64,000 nt of DNA, from positions 62,001-126,000 of the forward strand of contig JAQGDQ010000215.1 of NCBI GenBank assembly GCA_030141605.1. Direction: 5' to 3'. The position numbers and the translations under genes were made by a program. This document shows, piece by piece, positions 1 to 11,577 of this stretch. The stretch is from Tubiluchus corallicola (lineage: Eukaryota > Animalia > Priapulida). Position 1 is the first letter of the stretch, and each line of letters opens with the position of its first letter. Under the pieces are notes generated by a model. It worked only from the letters and a program-made list of their open reading frames with translations. It searched no databases and was not told the DNA's origin.

Positions 1-1406
1 AGGACAATTGCAGAATGAATTTAGCAGCTTTGCAGATGGTAATTACACATGGATTTTTTTTACTTGCAAAATCCACACGGCAAACCAAGTAATGATTGAC
101 GGAAACATCCGTTTTGTTTTTACTATTTTACGCAGGTCAGTTCACACAATCCAGTTTCACAATCCAGTTTACCCAGTGCAATCCACATTGTAAAAAAGTC
201 AAGCGACAGAAATACAAGATGATTTCATAAAAGGGCAAAAGGAATGATGTTGAATCCAGTGCAATATAGTACTTTTCTGAAAGACTTATTTGCAAATGGC
301 AATGGTTACCAAACATTATTATATCATGATCAAATTTCATTGTACGAGATTAAAGCACAAACTATTCCCTCCGCATAAACTGCACTGATCAATGCAAACA
401 CCAAACAACATTATGAAATAAGCAGGTTATCTTTTTAACTGTACTTGTCTGCATAGTTTACTTACTGCGTTAACAATTCATTTTAAAATTCATTAACACA
501 TTAATATGACGAATGGATTTGCTTATTGTCCATGAGGTTTAATACAGAACAGAAATTGAATAATTTGAGAACACCTCATAACAAAGTACCCATATCGGTT
601 TATGAACTCCCTTTTTACCAACTAAATTATAAAATCCCAGCTCAACAAACTCGGCCTGATATGACTGCACGAGAGTCACTTTTTGGAATCATGACCAAAA
701 TCCAAATTCACTGATATTGTTGAAAGTCTGAAAGACACCACATTCTGAATTTTTTGACAGGCCTGCAAATTGGTGAAAAGTACTTCTGTGACTAAAGTAT
801 GGATCATTACTTTAGGATTGAGAACCAATGGTATAAGAGCTTGTTTAGACAAGGGATATTATACTAGGAAAATCAAAACCATTGTTGCCAATTGGTGAAC
901 TGCAAAAATACGATGATAATCAATTACAACAGTTTGCAGTTGGACCAGTTATCATTAATAAATGATTATGAAAATACTTTGAACATGTCTAGCAAAGAAG
1001 AATAAATATAAACTGTCAATGCCAATTCACGCTCTCAATAAATACATTTGCCCTGTACGAGTAGGTCTGTATAAAGAATTATGCATCATTCAACGTATAA
1101 GACTCAATATGCTATTAACTTACGAAACAAAAGCATGCAATTTCATTTCATGTACATAAACATCCCACCAACAGTACTAGATTATCAATAGTAGGGTGTG
1201 CTCTCACACTTCTGGTTCGCTACGGTGGAAGCCATCACAAAAAAGATCTACTTCATTGGGTAGCCTCATCTCATATATGCATCAAACATTCCACGGACAA
1301 TACTATTTCATCAAAAGGTGTGTTCTAGTGGAAATATGGATCGTTATGATAGAAGCGATCATAAAAAGGCCTACCTAATCTGTGTAGCCCCATCTCATAC
1401 AAAAAA

Positions 1407-1676
1407 CCAGACAGTTTAGTCTAGTGATAACACATCCAGTTTGTGTCTGAGAGGTCGTGAGTTCGATATAGTGACCGGGTCATACCAAAGACTAAAAATC
1501 TGCTGTTTCCCTGCCTAGCACATCGTACTTAGGGTAAAAGTGTGATAATAGTAGTGTCTGTTATGTAGTTGTAGTTTGTTATTTACAGTCGGCCCAAAAG
1601 CTCTCTGGAGCCTATTTTAATTGTTCATCCTAAAAGCAACTTTAAATAAAGATTATTATTATTATTATTATTATTA
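1407..1676 (+). mobile_element. tRNA-derived SINE (same family as 16215-16500)
   Basis: A-box-like TAGTCTAGTG, B-box-like GAGTTCGA, GTCATACCAAAGACT central region, (ATT)n tail; alignable with 16215-16500. Confidence 0.8.
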
Positions 1677-1924
1677 AAAAAAACATTCCACGGACTGTAC
1701 TAGTTTATCAAAAGCTGAGATGTTGTGGACATGTGGATCGCTATAGTGAAAGGGATCGTAAAAATGTTTTTACTTCATTCTGTAGCACTGTTACGCATGT
1801 AAATATTCCACAGACAGTACCAGTTTACCAAGCGCTGGATTCTTGTGCACTTCCGGGTGAAATTGATGGATAGCAAATCATTTTACTTGCAATAAGTGCC
1901 ATTCCACGATGCAGACACACTTAC

Positions 1925-4900
1925 CTTAACTGCAGTTCAGTATCCCTCTTGAGCTGTGCTTCTCTTTTTCTCAACGTTTCTATTTCTGTCAGTATGCTTT
2001 GCCTTTGAGAATACGTCTCTTTCTCCAGGATCTGAACATAAGAAAGAACAATGCAAACTGAAACTACTGTTAAGTGGCGTTTATGTAGTATCCAGGTGCA
2101 TATGCATTTTGGGGAGTGCGGAATAGATAAAATGGGTTTTATAAATGATGGCTACACACAATGAAAGATAAAAAATGCTTAGTAGTGTAATATGTCCCGA
2201 AAAGCTTCTAAACATATTTCGGACACATAGTAACTATTGTTACCGCAGGAAATTTGTTAAGCAATAAAGAAAAAGTGATGCAAACCTCTTGCTCGCGATG
2301 TAGTTTCTCAGTCGTGTTTCTCTCCCTCGCCACCAGGGCATCAAATTTAGCTTGGTACAGTCTATCCATTTCCTTACGAGAATTGCTCAGTTCTTTTCGA
2401 CACTTGTCCTTCTCCAAGATTCGCATCTGTGCTAACTCCGTTTCTTTAAATCTTGCAATCTTCAACACAGAAAGGATATCATAACATTTGCCGACAAACT
2501 ATTTAAAATCAATATTGCAGAATATAAAAATATTTTTTATTTTGGTAGCGTAAACTAGGCATTGCAAAAATGCTTAAAGGAAGACCGGACGATTGTTTAG
2601 ACTGAATCAAATTTTAACTTACTGTCCAAAATATACATTTTCTTGCCTATAAAAAGTAGTAATTGTTCCTTATATTTTAATAATTAGCTTAGAAAGTTAA
2701 TTAACGGCAGCCGAACACAGCTATTGCTTACAGCAGAAACTAACTACAGTTTGTGCAATTACAGGCATGCATTAAGTACGTTTGCTTAAATGCTTAAACG
2801 CGTGATGTCACGAAAATGTGCTCTACATCATATGTACTCGACATCAGAAACTAACACAGCAGTTCATAATCTTAGTTATCACGGTACCACCTTTAATTTG
2901 TCGGCCACGCGCTTTGACAAAAAAGTGCCGTTGCCAATCTTAGTAGATTCACTGCGCAGAGTGTAGCTTTGAAAATTTAAAGTATCCGAGGTAATTATGT
3001 TGTAATCTAAGCTTTGATTTAAAAAAGTTATTGTAGTTTTCAATATTTAAGAGCATACTTTATTCTAAAGTAATGTTCACACAATCATCCGGTTTTCTTT
3101 TAAAGATTATAATTAAATTTATAACACAGTATTTAATTATACAAATTGCCAGAAATATTAATTTTGCTTCAAGAACATATTTTTAGAAACAATCGCTTCA
3201 TTTGTAGTTTGTCCATTTTTTAGAAACATGCAAGTCAAAATGACAGTTTAAATCATTGATGTATTACTCAAATTCAAATCAATTAAGCATGAAGTAACAG
3301 GTGCATACTTAAGGCTGCATAGGTTCAAAACGAAACTCAAACTGATAATTTTGACACTTTGACACTAAACTGATTAGATGTTACCTGTTGCCATAAAAAG
3401 CTTATTCACAAACTAAAGCAGACAAAGGATTGCAATATTTTAGCACGTTTATGCTGATGACATGTAGATACTTGGCGCGCGCTGATACGTAACTTTACAC
3501 ATAGCTAATCGAACCATTTTTGCAGGTAAGACTGCCTATCGGCTCCATTGTACTTATATTGCCAATAATCGATTCGATTATTCTGATTTGCAGTCGATTA
3601 GGATCTGCTATCTACATTTTATTTTTGTTAAAACAGACTTAGACTTATTATAAAAAATAGAACGACTGTCTTAAGTTCAAAAAGAAGTGAGAGAATGTTT
3701 CAAACAGTACAAAAATGCAATATTAGCACACACAATACAAACATCCAATTGCAGCAGTGCATTTTCAATAATTGCTACTGCTGTTGTTGTTATTGTTGCA
3801 ATAGTTCTGGTTTCACCTTTGTTATTCTTCAAATATTATTTTTCGATCAACATTAATTTTACCTCTAAATCCATTTCAGTGCGATATCTTTCCTGCAACT
3901 CCCTCTGGAATGCTAACATTCTTTCCTGTATGGAAGCCATCCACAGTAATCCTTCCTCTTCTTTTTTACCATCATAGAGAAGTTCAAGTTTTGATAGTTT
4001 TTTATCTGCAAGTACAGAAATGGGTAACAATAAAAATAGACTAACTCCTTCAGGACTGTAAGTGTTTGTTGCATTTTGCAAGGGTCCATGAAAAACTGCT
4101 CTCATGTAAGCGTACGCAGAAAAAACCTTGCACGCAGGTTCAGAAATACACATGATGAAACTGACAAGTCTAGATGAAGCCACACTTTATTGCTTTCTTG
4201 GCAAAATTTCTTCTTGTATTTAAGAAAAACAATTTTTTTTGCAATTCAAAAATACGCTTTGCTTTTATTGAAGGAAGAATAATCAAAGCAGCAGAAGTGC
4301 TCAAAACCACTAATGAGGGCCTGGTTAGCATCGCTACATGATTTAAAATAAAGCATCTCCAACATACATACCTAGATCTAACTTTTCATCTAAATATTCT
4401 AATTCAGTCTGAGATTCTTTTTCAATCATGGCATGCTGACGACAGAGAAACACTAGCATCTCCCACAGCATTCCTTTGCCGGTCTTGCTAATCTGTCACA
4501 AAATTGTAAGTGTAAAACACACTACAGCAACTAGTAACACAGATTTTAACACAACAGTGGATATCATAATAAGCCTGTTCACAGTTTCAGCAATTGATGA
4601 TGATAGTGAAAAGGTCAAAGGTTAAGTGTACTACACAACGCATTTGTGTGCACTTGACAACGCCTCGCAGCCCAAGCTGTTGCAATAGTAACAGTTTTAG
4701 CAGCTAGCTAGAGTCTTACTTAGTTCATTTTTTCTTGTTCCCAAGCAAGATCCTGCTATTAAATCACTCTGCGCACAGACTAATACATAATTATGAAAAG
4801 TTCACGTAAAACAACTGAAGTCACTGAACTGATGTGGCAGACGGCTTTGCCTTACCCATATGTCACGTGACGGTTATAGTTAAGATGCGTCGCTGTGGTA

Positions 4901-7900
4901 CACTTCACCTTTGGCCTACAGCAACTGCACGTGCGCACAACGAAACCCCAAAAAGGCTTATTATTGCGACAATTATATAAACAGGTTTTTAGAAAGCAAA
5001 ATTATCTAACATTTTATACAACGAAAGGTGCCTAATACACTCATTATTACAAATCTACTAACCAAAGCCTGGTAGAATCTTGATTCTTGGTGAACTCCTA
5101 GAAGAGAAAGTATCTCTTCCGAATCAGGTGATGTTTTCTCCATCAATCCTGCTTCTGGTAAAAAGACGGATAGTGTATAGTTGTAACCGTATTTCTAAAG
5201 AAAAAGAGAAGCATACACTAAATGTGCAACGATGAGCATAAAAACAGATGAGTGATTTATTTACATTCACATTAACATTCCATGAAGTAGGAACACAAAA
5301 AATATAGGACACACTTTTTAGACCAAAACAAAAAACCCAAAATTTACTTGTTTTTCAATTTTTGTTCGCTAAAAATTTTTACTTTGAATTTATAAATAAT
5401 GTGCTAGTAACTTGACAATACACACAGCAAACGAACAACACAAAGTTACAAATAGGTACAATTATCGTAGCAAACGAACAACACAAAGTTACAAATAGGT
5501 ACAATAAACATAGCAAGCGAACAACACAAAGTTACAAATAGGTACAATTATCATAGCAAACGAACAACACAAAGTTACAAATAGGTACAATAAACATAGC
5601 AAGCGAACAACACAAAGTTACAAATAGGTACAATAAACATAGCAAACGAACAACACAAAGTTACAAATAGGTACAATTATCATAGCAAACGAACAACACA
5701 GAGTTACAAATAGGTACAATAAACATAGCAAACGAACAACACAAAGTTACAAATAGGTACAATTATCATACCAAACGAACAACACAAAGTTACAAATAGG
5801 TACAATAAACATAGCAAACGAACAACACAAAGTTACAAATAGGTACAATTAACATAGCAAACGAACAACACAAAGTTACAAATAGGTACAATAAACATAG
5901 CAAACGAACAACACAAAGTTACAAATAGGTACAATAAACATAGCAAACGAACAACACAAAGTTACAAATAGGTACAATAAATATAGCAAACGAACAACAC
6001 AAAGTTACAAATAGGTACAATTATCATAGCAAGCGAACAACACAAAGTTACAAATAGGTACAACTATCATAGCAAACGAACAACACAAAGTTACAAATAG
6101 GTACAACAAACACAGCAAACGAACAACACAAAGTTACAAATAGGTAAAGACATACAGCTATAAGGGCAACACGGTTGACACTCACCTCTAAATGATTAGC
6201 TACTACTGAATTGATTGTACGTAACATCAGCGAGACTCTTGTTTTTTCTTCAGCAGATTGAAAGAGCGGCTGCCTGAGGGCGCCATGATGCAACTCTGTA
6301 ATGAGCTGGTTTCGCAACTGACTCTAAGAAACAAAAACATGATGTGGAAAACATTTTCAAACAGAATCTTCCCTGAAAACATGTTTGTTTACATAATAGA
6401 GTTCACAAAATACATTATGCAACACAATACGATACCATGTACTAACTGATTGTGTGATTGCATCAATGTTTGTCTGATAACGTTTTATGTGACAAAACTT
6501 CAAGAATGTAATTTAAAAGCCTAGAAAACATTTTTATTTAGAAAACTTTTTTTCTATTTGATATTTGAATGAAATACAATCATTCAATTTTTGGCATGGT
6601 ATATTTATACATGTCTGACAAAAGAGCTTTAACTTGGATATATATATGTATCATATATATTGATACATACATATCAAAAGAAGACAGGATGATTTTTCAT
6701 ATGCTACACCTATTTTCAAGTCCGATAAAAAGTATACATTTTAACAATTAATACTGCAAAAGCGTCTTTGATAATTAAATAATAGATTAAAAACTTAATT
6801 AATGAGCCCAACTATTGATGACATCACAAACTAACATAATTTTCAACAGCAAAAACATTCCACGAGTATAATGCGCGTGTTTGCAAAAGCGAAAATTGAA
6901 GTACAAATATTCACTGTGCTGTACTAAAACTAGACAAGTTTCAACATAAAAATTCAAATCTCAAATTTACCGCTGTGCTCACGCATGAGCTGTCAAACAT
7001 GTGTAGTTCATCATAAACTAACACATCTGAACTGAGAAGTGCAGCACCCGTTTTTTGTGCTATGATGCGTTTCCGAAATGCAGGCGCTAGTGCCCGTCTA
7101 ACCAGTGAATGGCGAAATGCATGTAACAGCGAAGAACTAGTGGCGAGAACGCAACGTTGTGTTTCTGCGGTGATAATTCTTTCATGTAAGTCATTTTTGA
7201 AAAAAGAGTGTTTCCTTTCAATATTTTGAAGAATAGATTGTTTTGACCAACAGTTTAAAATTTGGTCCAGTATTGCTTTAAACATGCACAATGTTTTATT
7301 TTACGCAAAGTTTAATAGTAAATGCGAGACAAAAGATATAATTATTTATTGTCCACCATATCTAATACATGCAAGACAGTAACAGGTAAGTTATTGTGTT
7401 ACACTTGCTGCTAATATTATCTTCAATATTACTTGTTAGCAGCTATTAGTCAACAATAGAGGTTTGTATTAATAAAGCAAAACTAAGCATGGATAAAGAA
7501 CTGTCAGGTGTTACTTAACTAATTTAAAAACACAGTAGTTTTAAACAAAAACCTAGCCACTGGGGGGGGGGCAAGCTAGCCCAACTCAGTGCCGGTCCCA
7601 AGCCCGGATAAATAGGGAGGGTTAGGGCCAGGAAGGGCATCCGCCTGTAAAAACTGAGCCAAAACCTTTGTATGAATGAGTCAAAATCAGAGAAGTGAAT
7701 CTAATGCTAGGACGCCACCTGTAAATGGCCCACAGATACATCGCAAGAAGAAGACGACCCAAGCTGAGAAGGTTTGAATGTATTAACAGAGACCTTAGAG
7801 AGAAGAACATAAATGAAGAGATGGTCAACAACAGGAATGCATGGAGAAGACTTATTCACAACGGCGACCCCGCATAGGGAAAAGCTGGGAAGAAGAAGAA

Positions 7901-9476
7901 GTAGTTTTAAACAAAACAAATAGCTCTAAAGTGAAAACGCAATAGCTATGTAGGGTTTACATAGACAGCCAGTGCAATTCAATGTCTCTCACATCCAGAC
8001 TCAATGTAGGTCATAACAATACTCCTGAAATCATTGCTTTAGACAAGTCCTGAAGATAAAGAAAATCGCATTTCGTTGTACATATGAGTGATAATTATGT
8101 GAAGCTGTATTCAACAGCTATCAGAATATCTCTGACAAATACAAATTCATGACTTACCTTTAGCTTACCAATCACACCTTTTTGCTTGAAAGTGTGATAA
8201 AGATGTTGTCTTAGTTCCTCAGCAGAAAATTTTGGATCATTTTGTGAGATATCTATCTAAAAGTAGTATAACATTGAGAAACAATTAGAACAACATCATT
8301 TATAACATTCATTTTACGATAATGTGTTTAAATCAAATTGTTACTGTACATATATTACATTTGTTGACAATTAAATTAGAATTAAAAATTTGTTTAAATT
8401 TGATTAAACTGAAATGCTGAATAAATTAGCCTAGAAAGAAGCACTACACAATTTTCTTTGTAAAAAAACTAAATTTTTAAATTTGCTGGGAAAATAATGC
8501 TGATGTTTCACAATTAGCTTTACGACTTTGTGTAATTCCTATAAATCTACGAATCGTATTATTTACAGCCGACTTAGCGGTGCCTTTCTGTTTAAAAAGA
8601 AAATATCTTGCCGGTGTTACAGAAGATCCATGACTCAAGATTTAAAACAACAAATAACCTGCGTTATTGTTAACCTTTTGTTAAAGTACAAAATATTTAT
8701 TTTTTTGTAAAACGATTCCCAAAAAAAACTGTAATTTAACGACTTTTACATTCCCACATCCAGGCAAAATCTGCTGCCCAACATTGTCACTCAATTTGTT
8801 GTGGTGTAAACCTTGAAAGAGTTAGCAATAACGAGGAGTGAATAGGGACACTGGTTTTCAAATAAAAATACAATTTATGATTTTTTTTATCGTAAGAGCA
8901 ATACCTTCAAAAGATAGATTACGTTGTGGCCGTAACTACCAAACACAATTTAGAATAAAGTTAACAAAAGAATTCATGGCATTTTGAAGGTAAAAATGGT
9001 CCAATTTCACCCCGTTTTACTGTACTCAGTTTGACCCCTGAATCCGTTTAATTTCCAGCACAATTTTTAAGTTAATTACGCTTCACAAAATTTACAATTT
9101 TACACACCTTTTTATCATCACCTGCAGGTTTATTGACTAGAGGAGCATCAGCATAAGGCTTAAAGCTACTGCTAGAAGTTGAGGCATGGGAATGGGAATG
9201 GTAACTGGACAATATCTCTGAAATTCTAGAGGTTTGATGTTCCGAATGAAAAGAGCTGTCTTTTTCGGATAGAGTGTTGATGGTTTCTTCAAGCTTGTCT
9301 TTCTCTTCTTCAGCTTTTTCTTTTCCAGAAACTGCGTACGGATCTCCGGCTGCAATTGGTGGCTCTAAACTAACAAGTCTAAGTAAGCGGTCGCTTACGC
9401 CAAAACTGGTAGAAGCTTTACTTGCGTCTGAAAAAGAGACACTTTTAGACAGAAAATTTTCGCCTGGGCTGTACAT
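1925..9476 (-). CDS. OFD1: OFD1 centriole/centriolar satellite protein (LisH + coiled coil), 5' portion; gene continues beyond the left edge
   Basis: In-phase GT-AG exons (minus): 9476-9108, 8256-8158 (SAEELRQHLYHTFKQKGVIGKLK), 6323-6186 (SQLRNQLITEL...INSVVANHLE), 5194-5063 (KYGYNYTLSVFLPEAG, LisH), 4492-4372, 4005-3863, 2459-2286 (IARFKETELAQMR), 2031-1925 (LEKETYSQRQSIL). These match the recalled human OFD1 N-terminus (QDELRKKLYQTFK..TQLRNQLIHEL..GYEYSLSVFFPESG..KEIYAQRQLLL). The true start codon is uncertain (possible upstream exon 10162-10051). Confidence 0.9.
2578..3099. mobile_element. non-autonomous DNA transposon, Kolobok-like (TTAA target)
   Basis: TTAA|AGGAAGACCGGACGATTGT ... ACAATCATCCGGTTTTCTT|TTAA: imperfect ~19-bp TIR with TTAA flanks. 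Confidence 0.65.
4568..4962 (-). mobile_element. MITE family B, copy 1
   Basis: TIR AATAAGCCT.. / ..AAAAGGCTTATT; reverse-complement homolog of 55174-55568 and 62018-62394. Confidence 0.8.
5421..6146. repeat. 43-bp minisatellite, ~17 copies, in an OFD1 intron
   Basis: Unit (T)AGCAAACGAACAACACAAAGTTACAAATAGGTACAA + TAAACA/TTATCA; 43-bp period (5427, 5470, 5513 ... 6115). Confidence 0.95.
6678..7277 (+). mobile_element. Kolobok-like MITE family A, copy 1
   Basis: About 600 bp alignable with 25274-25890 (inverted) and 59191-59812. Termini AGGAAGACAGGAT../..GCT|TTAA. Confidence 0.8.
7551..7899 (+). mobile_element. RTE-derived short non-autonomous retroelement (RTE-type 5'UTR segment fused to ORF 3' end)
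   Basis: 17-bp TSD AGTAGTTTTAAACAAAA (7534-7550 / 7900-7916) and (GAA)n tail. The 3' part encodes RRRPKLRRFECINRDLREKNINEEMVNNRNAWRRLIHNGDPA* (RTE C-terminus style). The 5' motif GCCGGTCCCAAGCCCGGATAAA..GGAAGGGCATCCG resembles recalled RTE/Expander 5'UTRs. Confidence 0.8.
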
Positions 9477-10050
9477 CTTCAGACTGTAAATACAGTTAAA
9501 TTCTCACACAGAGGTAAAAGATACAAACAAACAAAGAAAACACCTCAGTTCTTCTATTCTCAGTCACTGCTAAACTGAACACTGGCTAATCACAGTTAAA
9601 TTATTATGACTGTGATGCATAAAAAATGCATGTTTACATTTTGTGTACTAGTATCGTATACTTGCCCCTGTGAGTTTTGTGTGGTTTTGCTTTGTCGAAA
9701 CAAAATTTTTTACATAATCAAATGAATGACAAATCTTGTTTGCCCATAAACCCTGCCTGGAAAAGCAATGTATCCAAGGTCACAACAATGACAATGAAGT
9801 GATTGTTCAGCATGCAAGAAGGTGAAAAGAATTGTAATTCATTTAAACTTCAGATATTGATCAAACATAGTTGCATCTGTTTTGTGGGGGCCCTGTAGTG
9901 GGTGGCTTCTTTTTTATTTATTCAGTTTTTGTTACTACGAGCAGGCAATAATCGAACAGTCACAAACTTAAATAACTGAAACCATTTCACGGACAGGATT
10001 AAACAAGTGTTGAATAGCTTATTAAAAACTGTATACTATGGTAAACCTAC

Positions 10051-10162
10051 CTTTGTTATTTGAATGAAATGATTCAATTACTTCTGCAAGTGACGAATGT
10101 GAATCTTCATGCATAGATGCAGCACCAGACAGTGTGCTTATTGTGTTTGCCGGAGACGACAT
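10051..10162 (-). CDS. candidate upstream OFD1 exon (MSSPANTISTLSGAASMHEDSHSSLAEVIESFHSNNK); coding or uORF
   Basis: Open frame from ATG 10162 to donor G|GTAGGT at 10051/10050. It does not join the 9476 frame through the strongest acceptor (see findings). Confidence 0.4.
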
Positions 10163-11044
10163 ATCTACATCAGTTACCTGCACTGCTGTTAATGTATCAC
10201 CAGCTATCTACCAATTACCTTCAAGACCTGTTATCAGAATATACTATATAAAATTATTTTACAACACATGAGCTAAGTATTCGTCAGGCTCGCGGTAGTA
10301 AAAATTCTTTTGTTAGAAAAAAATTTGTTTCTGTGGAGTTGTATTGGAATATAAAAATCAGATGATAAAACTGTGCATTTCTGAATTAAGGCGTAGGACT
10401 AGTCAGTCAAACAAGTAACAGCTCACTTACATCCCAGGCAGCCTGCTAAAAACAACTGGTAACTTTTTTCTGCTAGGTTACTTCATTTTGGAAATTGTTA
10501 ACGCTTCACTATTGTAAAAGATCAAAAATGTTAACTTTTTTTAAACACAGTTTATGCCTAATGTTATCTTGGTTGAATGTAAAAAGTGTTTGCTTGTGGT
10601 TTCTCCCGCACTGCCCCTTAGTCATAGTGTATATATATATATATTTTAATGTGCATTGCATGTTTTGGACATGCATGTAATATGCTTTAATGTACCTTGC
10701 AAAATTAACTTATATAACTGCAGTACATATTACTTGAAATAAACTCAATGGAAGTGTAAAGAACAAACTGCCTCAAAACGTATTAGGCATCGACTTATTG
10801 CTATCTGAAGCAATTTTCTCAGTGCCATTTTTCACCACGCTACTAACACGTTAGAGAATAACTACAGCACACTAAGAAATTTTAAATAACGAGTGAAAAT
10901 GAGATAAACTGTACAAACACCTTATTTTAAAAATACACACCAACCATAATGTTAGTAATACAGTGCCATCTATTAGAAGTCGGCAAAATAAGGGCGCACG
11001 AAATACGCCACCTATTGCACGGCATAATACACTCAATAAATTAT

Positions 11045-11577
11045 AAGTTTATTTATTTCCACTCTGCATCTAACAATTATAAAAAAATACAGATAATTTC
11101 ACTGAAGTAAATATAAATATAAATGCAGTATTATCCAGAAATGACAAAATGCAGCATATACATGTGCAAATTACATTACAGAATAATTTTGATGCATACA
11201 GTTTGAGCCTAAAAGCATAGCTTGACAGGCCAAACTGTACGTGGAAATCTTAAAGAAGTGATTAATAATTGAAATAATGATAATATATACATAAAAGTGG
11301 GGGGGGGAGTAGTGAATGAAAGATGAAATGGAGCAAAAACTAAGAAAAGCTGTGATCATGATTATAAAGTGTTCAGTAACCTGTTGAGCATAGTCACGTT
11401 ATATTAAGATTACTGTGGAAAAAGAATGCAGGTGATTACCATTATCAAATTGTGTTACTCTTAATACTTTTGAAATATTTCTTTTCTGACGGTTTTTTTA
11501 AAAGTTGAAAGGGAGTGACTACATTTTGAAATGCGGCTTAGTCTATTCCATAGGACTGGTCCCATATAGCTAATGAC
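11045..11577 (-). mobile_element. LINE (CR1/L2-group) 3' end fragment
   Basis: Minus strand encodes ISYMGPVLWNRLSRISKCSHSLSTFKKTVRKEIFQKY*, followed by a UTR and an AATAAA tail near 11050. Confidence 0.6.

Noticed and set aside
5421-6146. CRISPR-like array (constant ~36-nt repeat with variable insert)
   Set aside because: The variable part is only ~6 nt with mainly two recurring variants, there are no unique spacers or cas genes, and it lies in a eukaryotic intron.
6941-7291. similar ~115-aa ORFs at 6941-7291 and 59484-59822 suggesting a small gene family
   Set aside because: Both lie inside copies of the same Kolobok-like MITE; no recognisable domain, and the frame is not consistently kept.
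10466-10482. X-box in the OFD1 promoter region
   Set aside because: About 4 mismatches to the consensus; not supportable.
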